Assembly: GCF_002113885.1 (NCBI RefSeq)
Contig: NW_018408382.1
Span: 189,693-253,692, forward strand
DNA: 64,000 nt
From: Mizuhopecten yessoensis
Taxonomy: Eukaryota
Reading direction: 5' to 3'
Positions 13,545-27,500 of the stretch are shown here, piece by piece. The position numbers and the translations under genes are program-made. Position 1 is the stretch's first letter. Each line of letters opens with the position of its first letter. The notes beneath the pieces were generated by a model. That model saw only the letters and a list, made by a program, of their open reading frames with translations. It was not told the origin of the DNA and made no database searches.

Positions 13545-14432
13545 TACAGTTGTGGGTTACAAAGTATACTTAATAACTGAATGAATAGAATATACATGTG
13601 GTTTAGAAATACAATGGTTTGTGGGTCTGTAGTAAGCTGCCATGATAAAGATAGGATTCCCAGTGACTTTAATTCTTATAATGAAACACTGATATAATTT
13701 GCACCTGTTACACATTTTTCTACAATAAACTGAAGTCAACAAACTGAATTTATCAATTCTCAACCTAATACTTCAAATAATCTTTAAACACAAACATACC
13801 AATTTGATGACCATGAAGCCAATATGTAAGCTATTTCCCCATTCATGCTCCAGGAATACTTCAATCGAAACAATCTTATCAAATGCAAATGTTTTTGTGG
13901 GGAAAAGTAGTAAAACAAGCCATTTACTGCAACCTAGCAAATCTGCACAGGACACACAGCATTTACCATGAATAGATTAAAACTAAGACTAGTTTTGTTC
14001 TGAGTTGATGTCATTTCCAGCAATATCATTGAATTCTAAACAACCTCTAATCTCAGTAACAATACATAAATTCAATTTTGCATGAAATGTTATCCTTTTA
14101 AGAAAGTGAATACAACTTGATAATTTGTGATTATTTTTATTTATATGTTAATAGATTTACAAGGTAACGACCATGTGATACCAATCATTCATTTTGTATG
14201 TTACTCTGGGTATTGCTCTCTCTCTATCTTGCCCCCCTCCCTTCTCTCTCTCTCTTTCTCTTCTCTCTCTCTTTCTTGCTCTTACATAACATCAGACACA
14301 TACACATAGAAGAATCACTATATTACGTGAGCATGGTTAATACATATCTACAAAACATTATGTAATAACAAATATATAATACCACCTTCCACATTAAAGG
14401 TAAAACACTCCATCCCTGTCTGTTGACATTTC

Positions 14433-14560
14433 ATATACAATGTACATACAGTGTTTGCCCTTGTATACAATGTACATACAGTGTTTGCCCATGTATACAA
14501 TGTACATACAGTGTTTGCCCGTGTATACAATGTAAATACAGTGTTTGCCCATATATACAA
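14433..14560. repeat. 30-bp minisatellite, 4 copies
   Basis: ATACAATGTACATACAGTGTTTGCCC(A/T/G)TGT repeated. Confidence 0.9.
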
Positions 14561-15382
14561 TTTACTTACATCGTAGTTGATCAAATACATCATAACACAT
14601 TGCATGCTTATACAATGCTTTTACATAATAGTTTTTCAAAAACAATGTAATGTAGTTTACATCTATTTATGTAATGTATTTCCATTGTAGTTGTTTAGAT
14701 ACAATATATTGAGCGCGAATATTCATACATTGATGTTTTCTATCTACTTTAATGAACATACAATGTAATCTTTAATAAACTATTTACTATGTACCAAATT
14801 GGTGATATTTTTTTTCATTAACAAACATTGTATTTTCAAGCACAGGACTGTACATACATTGTATATTTTTATTAATGGAGAGGTTATTTTCCTTTTACAT
14901 AAATTGTGATTTTACATAACATCATACATACATTATAATTGTTTATGTATACATATATATTGTAATCAGTTTGGCTTGTAAACAATACAAAATATAAATA
15001 TATAAATTTTCACAACATTGAAGGCAGTTGTTTTCTGACAGTGTATTTCTCATTATGTTATAATATCCTTTTATCTTTGAACAAAATTATATCAATATTT
15101 AATTTGAAATGATTTATAGTGCATTCTCATTTTTTTCATCTGTTTTCATTTGTTTCATTAATGCAACATAATTTGATCAGTTATATTAACCTGATATTAA
15201 AAAGAAAACTTCTTCTAAACTCTCAATATATCATGAATATTTTTAATACAATTAGACAAACAATCTCATGCCTTGATTCAACTAAAATATAACAGTTCTA
15301 ATTTCAAAATAATCTTAGGATGCAAATACTTTTTGAAAAATAAATAAAAAATATCTTGTTAGTGATGTACTTTTTTTGTCGT

Positions 15383-16143
15383 ATAACTCATGTGAACGCC
15401 CCTCTAGCCAAGTTCTGGCTTGGACCAGGAAGGGAGATAACCCATGTGAACGCCCCTCTAGCCAAGCTCTGGCTTGGACCAGGAAGGGAGATTACTCATG
15501 TGAACGCCCCTCTAGCCAAGTTCTGGCATGGACCAGGAAGGGAGATAACTCATGTGACCACCCCTCTAGCCAAGTTCTGGCTTGGACCAGGAAGGGAGCT
15601 AACTCATGTGAACGCCCCTCTAGCCAAGTTCTGGCTTAGACCAGGAAGGGAGATAACTCATGTGAACACCCCTCTAGCCAAGTTCTGGCTTGGACCAGGA
15701 AGGGAGCTAACTCATGTGAACGCCCCTCTAGCCAAGTTCTGGCATGGACCAGGAAGGGAGATAACTCATGTGCACGCCCCTCTAGCCAAGTTCTGGCTTG
15801 GACCAGGGAGGGAGATAACTCATGTGAACACCCCTATAGCCAAGTTCTGGCTTGGACCAGGAAGTGAGATAACTCATGTGAACGCCCCTCTAGCAAAGTT
15901 CTGGCTTGGACCAGGAAGGGAGCTAACTCATGTGAACGCCCCTCTAGCCAAGTTCTGGCATGGACCAGGAAGGGAGATAACTCATGTGCACGCCCCTCTA
16001 GCCAAGTTCTGGCTTGGACCAGGGAGGGAGATAACTCATGTGAACACCCCTATAGCCAAGTTCTGGCTTGGACCAGGGAGGGAGATAACTCATGTGAACA
16101 CCCCTATAGCCAAGTTCTGGCTTGGACCAGGAAGGGAGATAAC
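15383..16143. repeat. 54-bp minisatellite, 14 copies, with one fully open reading frame
   Basis: Unit GAGATAACTCATGTGAACGCCCCTCTAGCCAAGTTCTGGCTTGGACCAGGAAGG translates as EITHVNAPLAKFWLGPGR. Confidence 0.95.
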
Positions 16144-16993
16144 CAAGTAGTCCTATAATATGATCTGGTCTAGTTTATATGTTAGTCTGTAACATTATAT
16201 TACCTGTGTCTATATCATATTACCTCTTATATACTAGTAACCTCAAAAGGCTTTACAGCAGAGCAATACTCCATTTCCAGATTGAACCATTAGAATACAC
16301 GTCTAACTTCTATGTAACAAGTCAAAGAACGTTGATGTCCACCTATCGTATTGTGTGTGGTATTTGACATGTGCTATAAACACACTGAAGAACACTGACT
16401 GTAAAATACAGTAAAGACAGAAGCAGGAGCTGTATCACATTTTACAGAAGAACAATTGCATAAAAGCTGTAAACACACGTTGGACAAATATATCATGAAT
16501 GATGACATAATTTTTCAAAATGGAAAAAAACATGAGAATGTCAAAGTAAAAATGAACTATCTACAAGTAAACTTAATCAAACTTCAGAATCAAAACGTTA
16601 TTTTGAAAATCTTCAAAGTTCAGTAGAGTATAATTTTGTGACCAGAGTGATTTTTGAAGATGCTACATATAAAATATAAAACTGACCTTCATTTACTTTT
16701 TTATGACACTCAATACAGATGTCTCAATAAATACTACACACTCCAACTGACTAAATATTCTTACATTATCAATATTGGTAAATTTTCAAGGTTTCATTCA
16801 TGCAGACATTTTTGTAAACCAATTCTTCTAAAGCAAAAAAACATGCGGAACAATGATAAGAAATCTTCAAAAAAACACGACCTAAATTTATTTGGAGGCT
16901 TGGCTGCATATCTGACCAGCATGGAATGGAATAAAGACTAAACTTGCCTTAGTTCAAGGTCATGTGCTTAAGCACTTATAAGTACAATACATA

Positions 16994-17090
16994 CACATGT
17001 ACATTACGGTAAACTACACATGTACATTACGGTAAACTACACATGTACATTACAGTAAACTACACATGTATATTACGGTAAACTACACAT
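16994..17090. repeat. Minisatellite of about 23 bp, 4 copies
   Basis: ACACATGTACATTACGGTAAACT repeated. Confidence 0.85.
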
Positions 17091-17724
17091 ACATACTAGG
17101 ATTAACTCAGCATATTCAAATTTTCATGTGAAATTTTCCTTTTATTCTGACTGTTCATGATTTCTATTTTTTTTTTAATTTTCTAGGAAAGACAGCATTT
17201 AGGTAGGTAAAATCTGAAAGACTACATTTTAGTGTCTTTAAAAAATCTTCAATAAAAAATATTTTGACTACAAAATCTCTTATTTATGATAATAAAATGT
17301 TTTTTAAAAATTATATATTTTTATAAGCACTTTCAAGTGAATTGTTTTGGTTAAACATTAAAATTGTAGGCCTAATAACCTGTTAACAAGAAGAAAAAAA
17401 CTTTGAAACATCAATGTCATTTTAAAATATGTATGATAAACATGGCACATGGCATGAGGTCAAGGATTGCATGGAAACTGGGCATGCATAGATAAATTGT
17501 ACAGTACATGTACATATATTTAATTGAACACCTGGAAATCAATGGTTCAGACAACCCATCTAAGGTATGAGGAATACCCTTTAACCCTCTTGGGCAGCAG
17601 AGTAATACAAATTGTAAGCTAGTGTCACCATATGTATGAGAAACAAAATAAACAAGCGAAATCAACACAGCACAAACAAAACTACAACAAAGTTGACAAT
17701 GTTTTTCCCGATATTATGCTTGGT

Positions 17725-17972
17725 CATCCCAATGACTTCCTTCCCTTGCGATATATTCTACAGTTACCATAGTAATAGTGTTATGACTATCCCAATGACT
17801 TCCTTCCCTTGTGATATTCTACAGTTACCATAGTAGTTGTGTTATGACTATCCCAATGAATTCCTTCCCTTGTGATATTCTACAGTTACCATAGTAGTTG
17901 TGTTATGACTTTCCCAATGACTTCCTTCCCTTGCAATATATTCTACAGTTACCATAGTAGTTGTGTTATGAC
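17725..17972. repeat. Minisatellite of about 62 bp, 4 copies
   Basis: TCCCAATGACTTCCTTCCCTTGTGATATTCTACAGTTACCATAGTAGTTGTGTTATGACT repeated. Confidence 0.9.
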
Positions 17973-18503
17973 AATTCAAGAATGTTAATTAGATAATACT
18001 ATACACATTATGGCAGCAATGTGAGAAACGAGATGTTCTGTTTCACAATGCAATTATTGATAATTTATGTAGAGAGACACAATATTATATACCTGGTACA
18101 TTCCATCTTCAGGATGTTACAACTAGATATGATACTAAATTGCAAAATTCTGTATTTATTACAATTATATGTAGTCTGCATTTCCTTTAACTGTGTTATT
18201 TCTTGTGGCATGTTATTTTATGTGACAGTAGTGCTGTCAGCTTTAAGCAGTTTGACTAAGTATTACCGAAGGTTATTGTTTGTCATAGCTTTCTTTATTG
18301 ATAACTAGAAATTCTTTACAAATGTTATCTCACTTTATACAGCTATCTCAGATTTAATAATTCTGACATAGCAAAGTGAAATGATTTTTTTTACCAGAGA
18401 AAATCTGAGAAAAAAGTCCCCCCCCCCCCCCCCCCAACTACTATTTATTAATTGCAGAGTTAACTACCTTATGTATGTATTGATTATCATCTTATCATGT
18501 CTT

Positions 18504-18722
18504 AGGGCCTGTTCGTTCAAGCGGAACAACCGATTTGTCTGTTTATAAATGTAACAATTTCGGGTAAAAATCCTGGTGGACCTGCAAATGTTTATGCAGG
18601 TGGCCTTGCAAGGTTTTGTCGAGGTTCGCCTGAAACCAGCATCAGATTACTAGTTCCAACCTTATTTAATAAACCAACAACTGTGGTCCGATCGGTTTAA
18701 CCGTTTAAACGAAAACGGCCTT
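18504..18722. mobile_element. Short dispersed repeat/MITE with GGCC termini; second copy at 29510-29700
   Basis: Both copies share TTTGTCTG..TT.TAAATGTAACA.TT, AAATCCTG..GACCT.CA, GTTTATGCAGG..CCTTGCAAGG and CTGAAA.CAGCATC. Imperfect inverted termini. Confidence 0.6.
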
Positions 18723-19439
18723 GGTGTCTTGGGACATCAGTCTGTAAAGGTTTGAGAGTACCTTAGTTTTATTTCACTGAGCATGTGTGGCGACTACTAT
18801 ACTCCCGTCATATCATATCTACGCTTCCTCAGTTACCAGTAGGTGGTGTATAAACAATGGCATGCAGTTGTTCTTAAGCAAAATGAAATCACTCCTCTCC
18901 CATAACTCTCAAGAAATAAATTGGAACGTGTAGTTTCCTAGATAACAATAAACTAGATTCAAATATGATCATGTAAAATGAGGTATGGTTTCTACTGGTT
19001 TCTAGATAATTTTATGTCGCAAGTCAAAAAGCTAAATCGCTAAATGACAGATCTATAGTATACAAGATCGGACTGATGACCTCATACAAATGTAACCAAT
19101 AACATGTTCAGGGCAGACTAGAACACTAAAACGTATAAAATAAACAAATGAATGAGCAAACGTATGTAATATAACATGTTATAAGTATATGCACAGCATA
19201 AAACGTAATAGTTATCGCCCTACATTCGGCTGAGTATATCATCGTGCTACACACGCAAAACAAAATCAGAAACACCAAACCAACAGTCAAATGATAAAGT
19301 CATATAAAATCATAGTTAAACAAAAAACTTCAATTAGAATGTTAAACTTGGTTAAATAAGGATTTCTCTAAATCAACATTATGGGTAAAAGTGGAATAGT
19401 CTTAACAATAATAGTTTTAATTATCAAACAGCTACATCA

Positions 19440-19782
19440 TAGCTGTCAACCCTCCCTCATTAGGAGGGAGACTCCCCAATTTTGACCAATATCCAATATT
19501 TACCAATCTCCCTCAAATCTCCATCATTCAAGTCCAAACTCACACAAACTCAAAATCTACATCCTGTGGTCAAATGATTCCCTAGTAACTGCAGGGTGTG
19601 TAATGATCATTACAGGTGTGTCTGAAGCAAATAAATGCTTTTTGGAGTTACTTTTATACATAAAATGGGAAAGATAAATTGAGCAAAGTAGTTTCAGTCA
19701 CGTTTCACGTACTTACTCCCTCATTGGAAATGTAGAATGAGGGAGATCTCCCTAATTGGAGGTTTCAGAGGCTGACATCTAC
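19440..19782. mobile_element. Short non-autonomous DNA-transposon-like repeat; partial second copy at 52765-52965
   Basis: Termini GCTGTCAACCCTCC...GGAGGTTTCAGAGGCTGACATCT. Internal GTGTAATGATCAT.ACAGGTGT..GAA and ATGCTTTTTGGAG.TAC are shared with 52765-52965. Confidence 0.55.
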
Positions 19783-21571
19783 GCTACATGTGGCATGTAG
19801 AGTAAGTATTCAAGTTACATGATGATTCTAACAAGTCCATTGTTTTGATCCAAATTTTTACCAATAATTCGGCCAATTCCGAAACAACAATTAAAATGTC
19901 TTCATTGTGAAACTGAAGAAGATAAGAAAATGTTATAAATTGACATTAGAATAAGCCCTATAAACGTATGGAGATATCTGATGGAAAATAATATTCATGA
20001 AAGGATAACATGCTACATTTTATGATAAAAAAAAGAAAAATGCAATGAAAAAAGTAAATATCTGGTCAAAAATCAAGTCAAAAGCTTTCAAACGAAGAAT
20101 TCATACTATCTACAGCTACTTACACTTCACAACGGGGCATAAAACATGAAATGTAACATTTTAGATTAACAATCGAGTAAAAGTTAACAATATGTAAACA
20201 AACTTTATCAACATGCAAGTTTGCCAGGAAGCTCAAGGACTGGATTATCTCAGGCTCCACAATAAAGCCAGGTTATATTATAGTAGATTTGAAAAGGAGA
20301 TACTCTTAATATTGGTTGATACAAAATTGTAGGAAACGAAACAAATTAATCAATTCTCATGTTACTGTTATGTGGAAATATTTCTGAAAATGATCATTTT
20401 TGTGGTACAACACTTGATTTGTCTTCCCGCAAAAAACTATTATTGAATCTGTCAGTTTTGTAAAAGAAAAAGCTAAGGAATATGTAAGTTGGGAACTACA
20501 GTACAAGTACTCGTTATTTCAATGTAGGAACAGAACTGTTAAATAAGAAGTCAAGCTAACCAGTTCTACTGGATAAGTTAATGAAGTCCAAAAGAGATTT
20601 TTTTGTCCTATTACTTTCAAATTCATTTTCAAGTGATTTTCCCGTGTAACGAGTGAAGTGAAAACTTCTGTGAGATCTAGTGATGACTAGAATTTTACAA
20701 CACAATATCATGGTGTAGAATTTCACAACACGATATCATGGTGTAGAATTTCACAACACGATATCATGGTGCTACGTTTATGATGATGTCATCTAAAGTG
20801 TCTAATGTCTATGTAACTACTGGTATGAAAATATATCAGAAATGTGTATCGTAAAAATTCAGAAATGTTTCGTAAAAATTCTTCTGACACCACAACACTT
20901 ACTCTCCAAGTTTAACCTCCATATATTCATCATATTTTCCTAACTATGGCCGAGATAAAGTTCTTTTGCACCAAACTGAACCAATGAATAATGAGATTGA
21001 TTTTATATTGCTTCAAAAGTTTAGCTACGTATTTCTACGAATGAAGGACTTATGTCTGATTATATTGCATGTTCCTCGTTAACATGTACTGTTGTCATTA
21101 ATTTCTTCTTGACATGGAAATGATTTCTTATCAATGAGAAACAAATGACATTCATATGAAGATAATCTACCATGAAAACTTTTCCAGTTATGGAGCTGAA
21201 AATGTTGATGAAAATTTCCTCAACTATTACCGGGATATTTTGCACATTAATATTCTCCCTCGTAAACAGATGATCAGATCATCCCAGAAATTGACAACAA
21301 AAAAAATGTCAATGGATTTCCCCTACATATATGTGATACAAATGTGAGAATGTTACGAAATACTTTACTGCACTGGACATGAGTTACTGGTAGTTCAGAC
21401 CCTTGTTATTGTGAACAAGTTTCCGTCAATCAGATTAAAAACTGCAGATGACATTGCCTGAAAATTATGAGGTAGGCCAGTAGCGGTCAACAACAAAATA
21501 TGACATCACATGTATGTAAAATGTGTTATGAAAGACTTATATGTGTGGTGGCAGTAATACAGAGCCTGTTG

Positions 21572-24500
21572 TTATGACAACCGATCAACAAAGTGCATAG
21601 GTACACCGAGACCTAAAAGATTCTTCTTGTCCTGCTTGAATTTCACAACATCCATCTTCCTACACATGTAATCCCAACACAGTTCATCGAGTGCAGGTAC
21701 TCGAAGCCAGATTCTCTGGACGGCATTGGTCCTGATGGTGTCAATCCGTGAGACACCCCCGAACACATACATACAGCCCTCCTGTAAGTGTAAATACAAA
21801 TGATATAAACAAATGTATTTGTTAATTTCATTAAATTTGAAAATCTGAAGGTATGTAATTTAAAGATACAGTACTGATATACCGAAACTACCGGTACACG
21901 CATATATGTTTGTACATTAAGTGCGTTCCTTATACATTCAGTTGGTTCCACTTATGATTTTTTTTTTAAATTGTAGTAATTACACTTGCCCAAGCCTTGA
22001 AACAATGAATTAGATTTTTATATTTTCTAATAGTTTTATATACATACAAAAAAACATAACCATCAGTCGCACATCATGGAATTATGATTATATCACACAC
22101 ATTAATCATGAAACAATCCCAGACTTCAGTATTAAAATTTCAGTTGTTGCTTAACAATATTTTTTTAAAAATCAATTCAAATCTGGTGACAAAGTATTTA
22201 TTAACAATATATATACAGTGTATATATGTACACGTATAAAAATATTATCTGATACATAAGGAACAAAACAAATTAAGGATAATTCTAATTTGGACTTGAA
22301 TCTTAATTAATTTTTTCATGATCTCGAGGGACCGATCATGAACTTATACATATCAAAAAATATTTCTAGAAAAATACATAAAGGAAAAATAATAAAAGTT
22401 AAATACCTTGGTGACATCAGCTGCATGGAAGTAAACAGGTATGTGGAGACTAGCAGACAGCTTTGTCCAGGTATACGTCACCAGACACAACTTCCATATG
22501 TCACTGAAAATCTCATGGGAATCAAATCCACCACATATGTAAGCGCCTGAAAATGAGGATACAGGGTTTCATGAGAAGACTGATTCGGAATCATTTTTAT
22601 TATTTTATTTCTCAACTTTCTGTATAAAAGTTTTATTTCACAAGCAAAACTTTAGTTGTTTGTTACAGCCCATATATATATAAACAGTAAACTAAAATAC
22701 TGTGAAATATTATCACAATACAGTGTATGTAAGCTCTTGAATTCAGGATACAGGGTTTCACCAGAAGATTACAATTTACAACTGAATCGTTGTAATTTTT
22801 TTCATTTCTAAACTTTCTGTATAAAAGCTTAATTTCACTAGTAAGACTTTGGTAGTATGATCCTTGAATTTTTTTTCAGGCGTTGTAATAATAAACAATA
22901 TACAGTAGAAATTTGAAATGGTAAAAATGTCATGTCTCAACCTACCTTTTTCATAATACACACAGCTATGACACTTCCTTGGAGTAGGGTAACCTGCAAA
23001 AACAAACCGAAATTTCTACCCAGAACGACAACAAATTCCTTCAACCTTCATGTATGATGTTGCATTACAGACCAGGTAATGTACTCGATGTGAGCATGGA
23101 AGCTCAAGAGTATATTCTACATGTTTATATCTTGATCTAAAATTGTTACTTTACATAAAATCTTAATACAAGTTTTTTTTAGTTTACATACATATGAATA
23201 AATCACTCAAAAACATGTATTATCAGATTACTAGATCTATTACTATTTCTGACTTGTAGTACAGCAATTTTGCCAATTACAATATCATATAAAAGTAATT
23301 ATTTTTTTAGTTGAAATGAAATGTACTGTCAGACCAAAATTACCTCCAATTATATATATACGTAATTACCACACTGAGAGTTAAAGGTAAACAGTCAAGA
23401 TGACCAAATCAAACTTTTTGGAATGTTGGGAAGTTGTGGGGGCGGATTGGGAGGGGGATGTCAGTCCCTTTTTTTAATAAACAGTTGATTATCATTTATC
23501 TAAGGATTATTTCATGGAATTTTGGTGAAAATCTACCATTTCCATTCAGATGAGATGTCATTTCAAGGTTTTGTACTCTGTGACCCCTTATGGCTATGAC
23601 CTATAGCTTACTAGCGGGTCAGCCTTTTCTTGATTATATATTATGATCCCCACAACCAATGATTAACATTTTCTTTCATCAAAATTTGGCAAATGGTTTC
23701 TTAGAATTAAAAAAATATATTGTGACATAATTAAGAACAAAAGGCAACCATCATAGATCACCTGAATAATCCAGGTTGCCCAATACATATATATATATTT
23801 CATCGACAGGTCATTTCTGTCCAGCTAATACATCCAATGTTATGTCATAACGTATTACTAATGGTTATAAGTTATAACAGAACTTTCATGGAAGACAACC
23901 AATGGGAGTTATCTACCCCTCTACCATATTTTGGCCCCATATGATCTATGATAACGTACCATTTTTGGGATCTGGCTTTGTCTTTATTTCGTCCCACATA
24001 CATCTTTCAAAATGGAATGCTGGCATCTGCAACACACATTATTAAAACATTTAATAAAATATAACTGTTGAAATTAATCAGTAGAAATTTTCTCTCAAGA
24101 AATTTCATATGAAAGTGCTTAAAATGTTATCATTATAATTTTATTAACAACATAAATAATTGTATTTCAAATTCAGAAAAAGGAATAATACAAATATCTG
24201 GATGTTTTTGTCAAGGACCTTAATTAGAATACCTGTAGTTTAACTGTAAATATTCACACTGATCTCTAATTATAATCAAATAAAGAAACAATTCAATTCC
24301 AGCATTTTGAGATAATGTCAAGAAGTCAGATTGAAAGTTTCTATATCCTTCAATGTACCTTGTCAAATCCAAACGAGGTGGAGGCAGTGCCACCTCCGAA
24401 CAGGTAGAGCCTTGTCCCGTCACTGGCTACCTCATGTCTGTACCTACAAAATCCACAGATTAACACAAATGTTAAAATATTTGATGGAGTAACTTAGAAA

Positions 24501-27500
24501 TTACTAACAAATTAAAGACAGTGTAATATTGATGTCAAAAATACTGACGAACTGATTGAAATGATTTTTTACTGAAGGTGATCATTGGAAGCACACCTGG
24601 ATATTGATGTCGGAGTTAGGTTCACAACTTTATTATTCTTAATAACACGCACTTTTAACACACAATATATCCTTTTGGGTTTGTTCGCTCTATGTATTGA
24701 ATTGATCATTAAATCCAGGGTTCTACTGTACACAAAGGATCTGTGAGCTGTATAAGGAAGTATACTACGAACCTGCTCTCTGGGATGTACTTTTGGTTGT
24801 CGGCTTCAAGGTGTGTCCATGTGGCCGTCCGTAGGTCCAGCTGGTGGATGTCCATGTTGTAAACAAACCCTGACGTCCCCCCAACAATGTACAAGTAGTG
24901 ACCTACTACATTCATGGACTGAAAGTAATCATAACACAAGTTAGCAACCGGACATAAATACATGTACACACAATAAGTACTAATTTGTTAATTAAACATA
25001 CTGAACAGGGGCAAAGATAATGGAAATAGCAAACATGGGACAAAATATCACAACTTTTAAATACTATACTTATTAACTTAGAGGTCACATAAATAAATAA
25101 ACTGGTAAAATTTCAACCGATCTGACCCAAACCACTCTATTTATATAGATCATGACATGTTATCCAGTCAGAAGATATGTATTTTAGGTGGTCACCTTTG
25201 GTTATTATATTAGTTAGAAGTATTGAATATTCATGAAGTCACAACAGAATTGGAGTTTACAGCTTATAATATGCATCAGATAATCAGAATCTGTGGTGGC
25301 CATCTTGAATTTGAGGAGAAGATTAAAAATGTTCGTTTTTAACAAATAACTTTTGCTGTATTTTACACTGATCTGTAAGCTGATATGACTGTTAATACAT
25401 ATTTGCTGTAAATTATCAATTTTTAATAGTATGCATGTGTACAGTCAATTATATGACCATTGAACTGATGTTATTTAAGAAAGTTTCAAACATAATAGGA
25501 ATCACCATATTTTAGACTTCGGTGCTATAACTATACTTTGTAACCTCAAATTCAAATAAAATAATAGACATTTTTGAGTACAGGTACAATTACAATAGGA
25601 TATCTATTTAGACCATGGTATCAATATTACTCACAAAAGTTAGTATATAGTGCAATTAATAATAGTTCTCAAGAACAACCTATATCTGATTAAAAGAGAA
25701 AAAAAATGGTAATATTTTTTATAAAACGACTGAACATTTCATGCATACCTCTTTGTTAGACAATTTAAAAATTGAAGGGCACTTTGGATTATTTCCATTT
25801 TAAATTATCTTAGGTTGTTGAACCCTGCAGGGCACAACCAACATTTTTTTTTTCTTTTTTCTTTAAACGTGATATAAATTTTGGTCAACAGGCCCGGACA
25901 AGGTAACAACCTTTTCAAGTCCATTTATATGGTGCTATTTTTATGACATTGATAGGTTGACACAGGGCAGTGTGATCCTAGCCTGAGGGTAAATCACAGG
26001 TGTAATCACATGTATCATTACAGGTGTACTAATCTCAGGTGCAAGACGATAACACCAGGTAACACACATGACCCCTCTGGGCACTTTCACACGACTTGTC
26101 CTGGGCCATACTAGGTTACTACGGCCATCATGCTTCACTAACTTTGATATAGTTCAATACAGTTTCTACCAAACCCAAATATATATATGTAAATAAACTT
26201 GAAAAATAGATCTTGTTCTTTCTTTGTTCACAATACTAAATATTTTATTTCAAGAATTAAATTTACAGTCAAACAATGGATTAATACTCTATCATTTGCT
26301 CAAAATCTATGGTGTTTGATTGAAATTGGCCAATATGTCAATTTCAATCATTTCAGCAGCCATTTTATGGCAGCTACAGTACGCTTCAGGTTCTTGTCCA
26401 AATGGAAAATGATGTTGCGGTAGTTTGCAGTGTCAAAATACACCTATGGATACATAATAAATTTATTAAAATCAGAAACACTGACTGGACAGAAAGGAAA
26501 ATTTTCAATAGAATATCTTGTCCGTCCTTTTAATAGTGACCTTGACCTTAGGAAATTGTTAAATTTCTTATGTACAAGTACATAGTCTAAAAGAGGGTAT
26601 CAACAGGTGAAATTTAAGAATATTTAGACTGCTGGATTATGAGATAATCTCAGGAAATAAAAGTGTGGACAGAGAGACATACAGAGAAGGAATATGAGTT
26701 ACCAAAAACTTACAGATCGAGAGCCGTTTTAATACATGTTGTATTATTCAGGTTAACTAACTTGCTTTAAGGTTTAAAGACACAAGAACCACTCCAGCAA
26801 TACTGGAGTACCAACTGTTTTACTTGGTACCTACACAGATGCGGAATATTGTGCTTTCGTTACTTTTTTATCACTTTTATCTGACAATAAGGCCATGCCT
26901 GGTAATATTCCAGTGGATATCTATTTCTAATGAGGTTTGGTAAAAATGCCATCAAATATTGATGTTTCATTGTCATATATTAAGCCCTCCACCCTACTTG
27001 AGTCAGATTATCTGTTATAAAAAATATAAACTTCATTTATTTTACAACAGTTATGAAACAAGTTATTTCAACTTAAATATTAATCATTGGTGTTGGTCTG
27101 GATTTGTAGTGTGTTGGGTGTCTTAATGTTGGAGGAAACCGGAATAACCAAAGAAAACCCACTGCACCACCCAACCACCCAGAATATCTGTTAGCCCATT
27201 GGGTTTGTTGCAGGAAGAGTATTTAATTAAGTCTTTTTCTGGTTTCCATATGAAAATATAATTCACTACTGACTACCAACCTCACATTAGATGTTAACTC
27301 TGTGATCTCAATTACAAGTTTATACTGATATTTGTACTATAGTGTTTGGTTTAACAAAGTCACAAACTCACATGGCCATATTTTTTCTGTGGGTGTTCCC
27401 CAGTACAGTTGAGCTGACGCCATTTGAGTGTGTCCAGGTTACAAATATGTAGTTGGTTACTGCTACACTCCCCAAAGGGTACACCTGTTCCACCAAAACA

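Noticed and set aside
14348-14650. Cys-rich repetitive ORFs on both strands
   Set aside because: By-products of a 30-bp minisatellite.
22555-22845. Diverged duplication (about 190-bp spacing) beside the KLHDC10 exon-9 acceptor as a third splice-site repeat
   Set aside because: The duplicated segment does not clearly include the acceptor AG or exon sequence.
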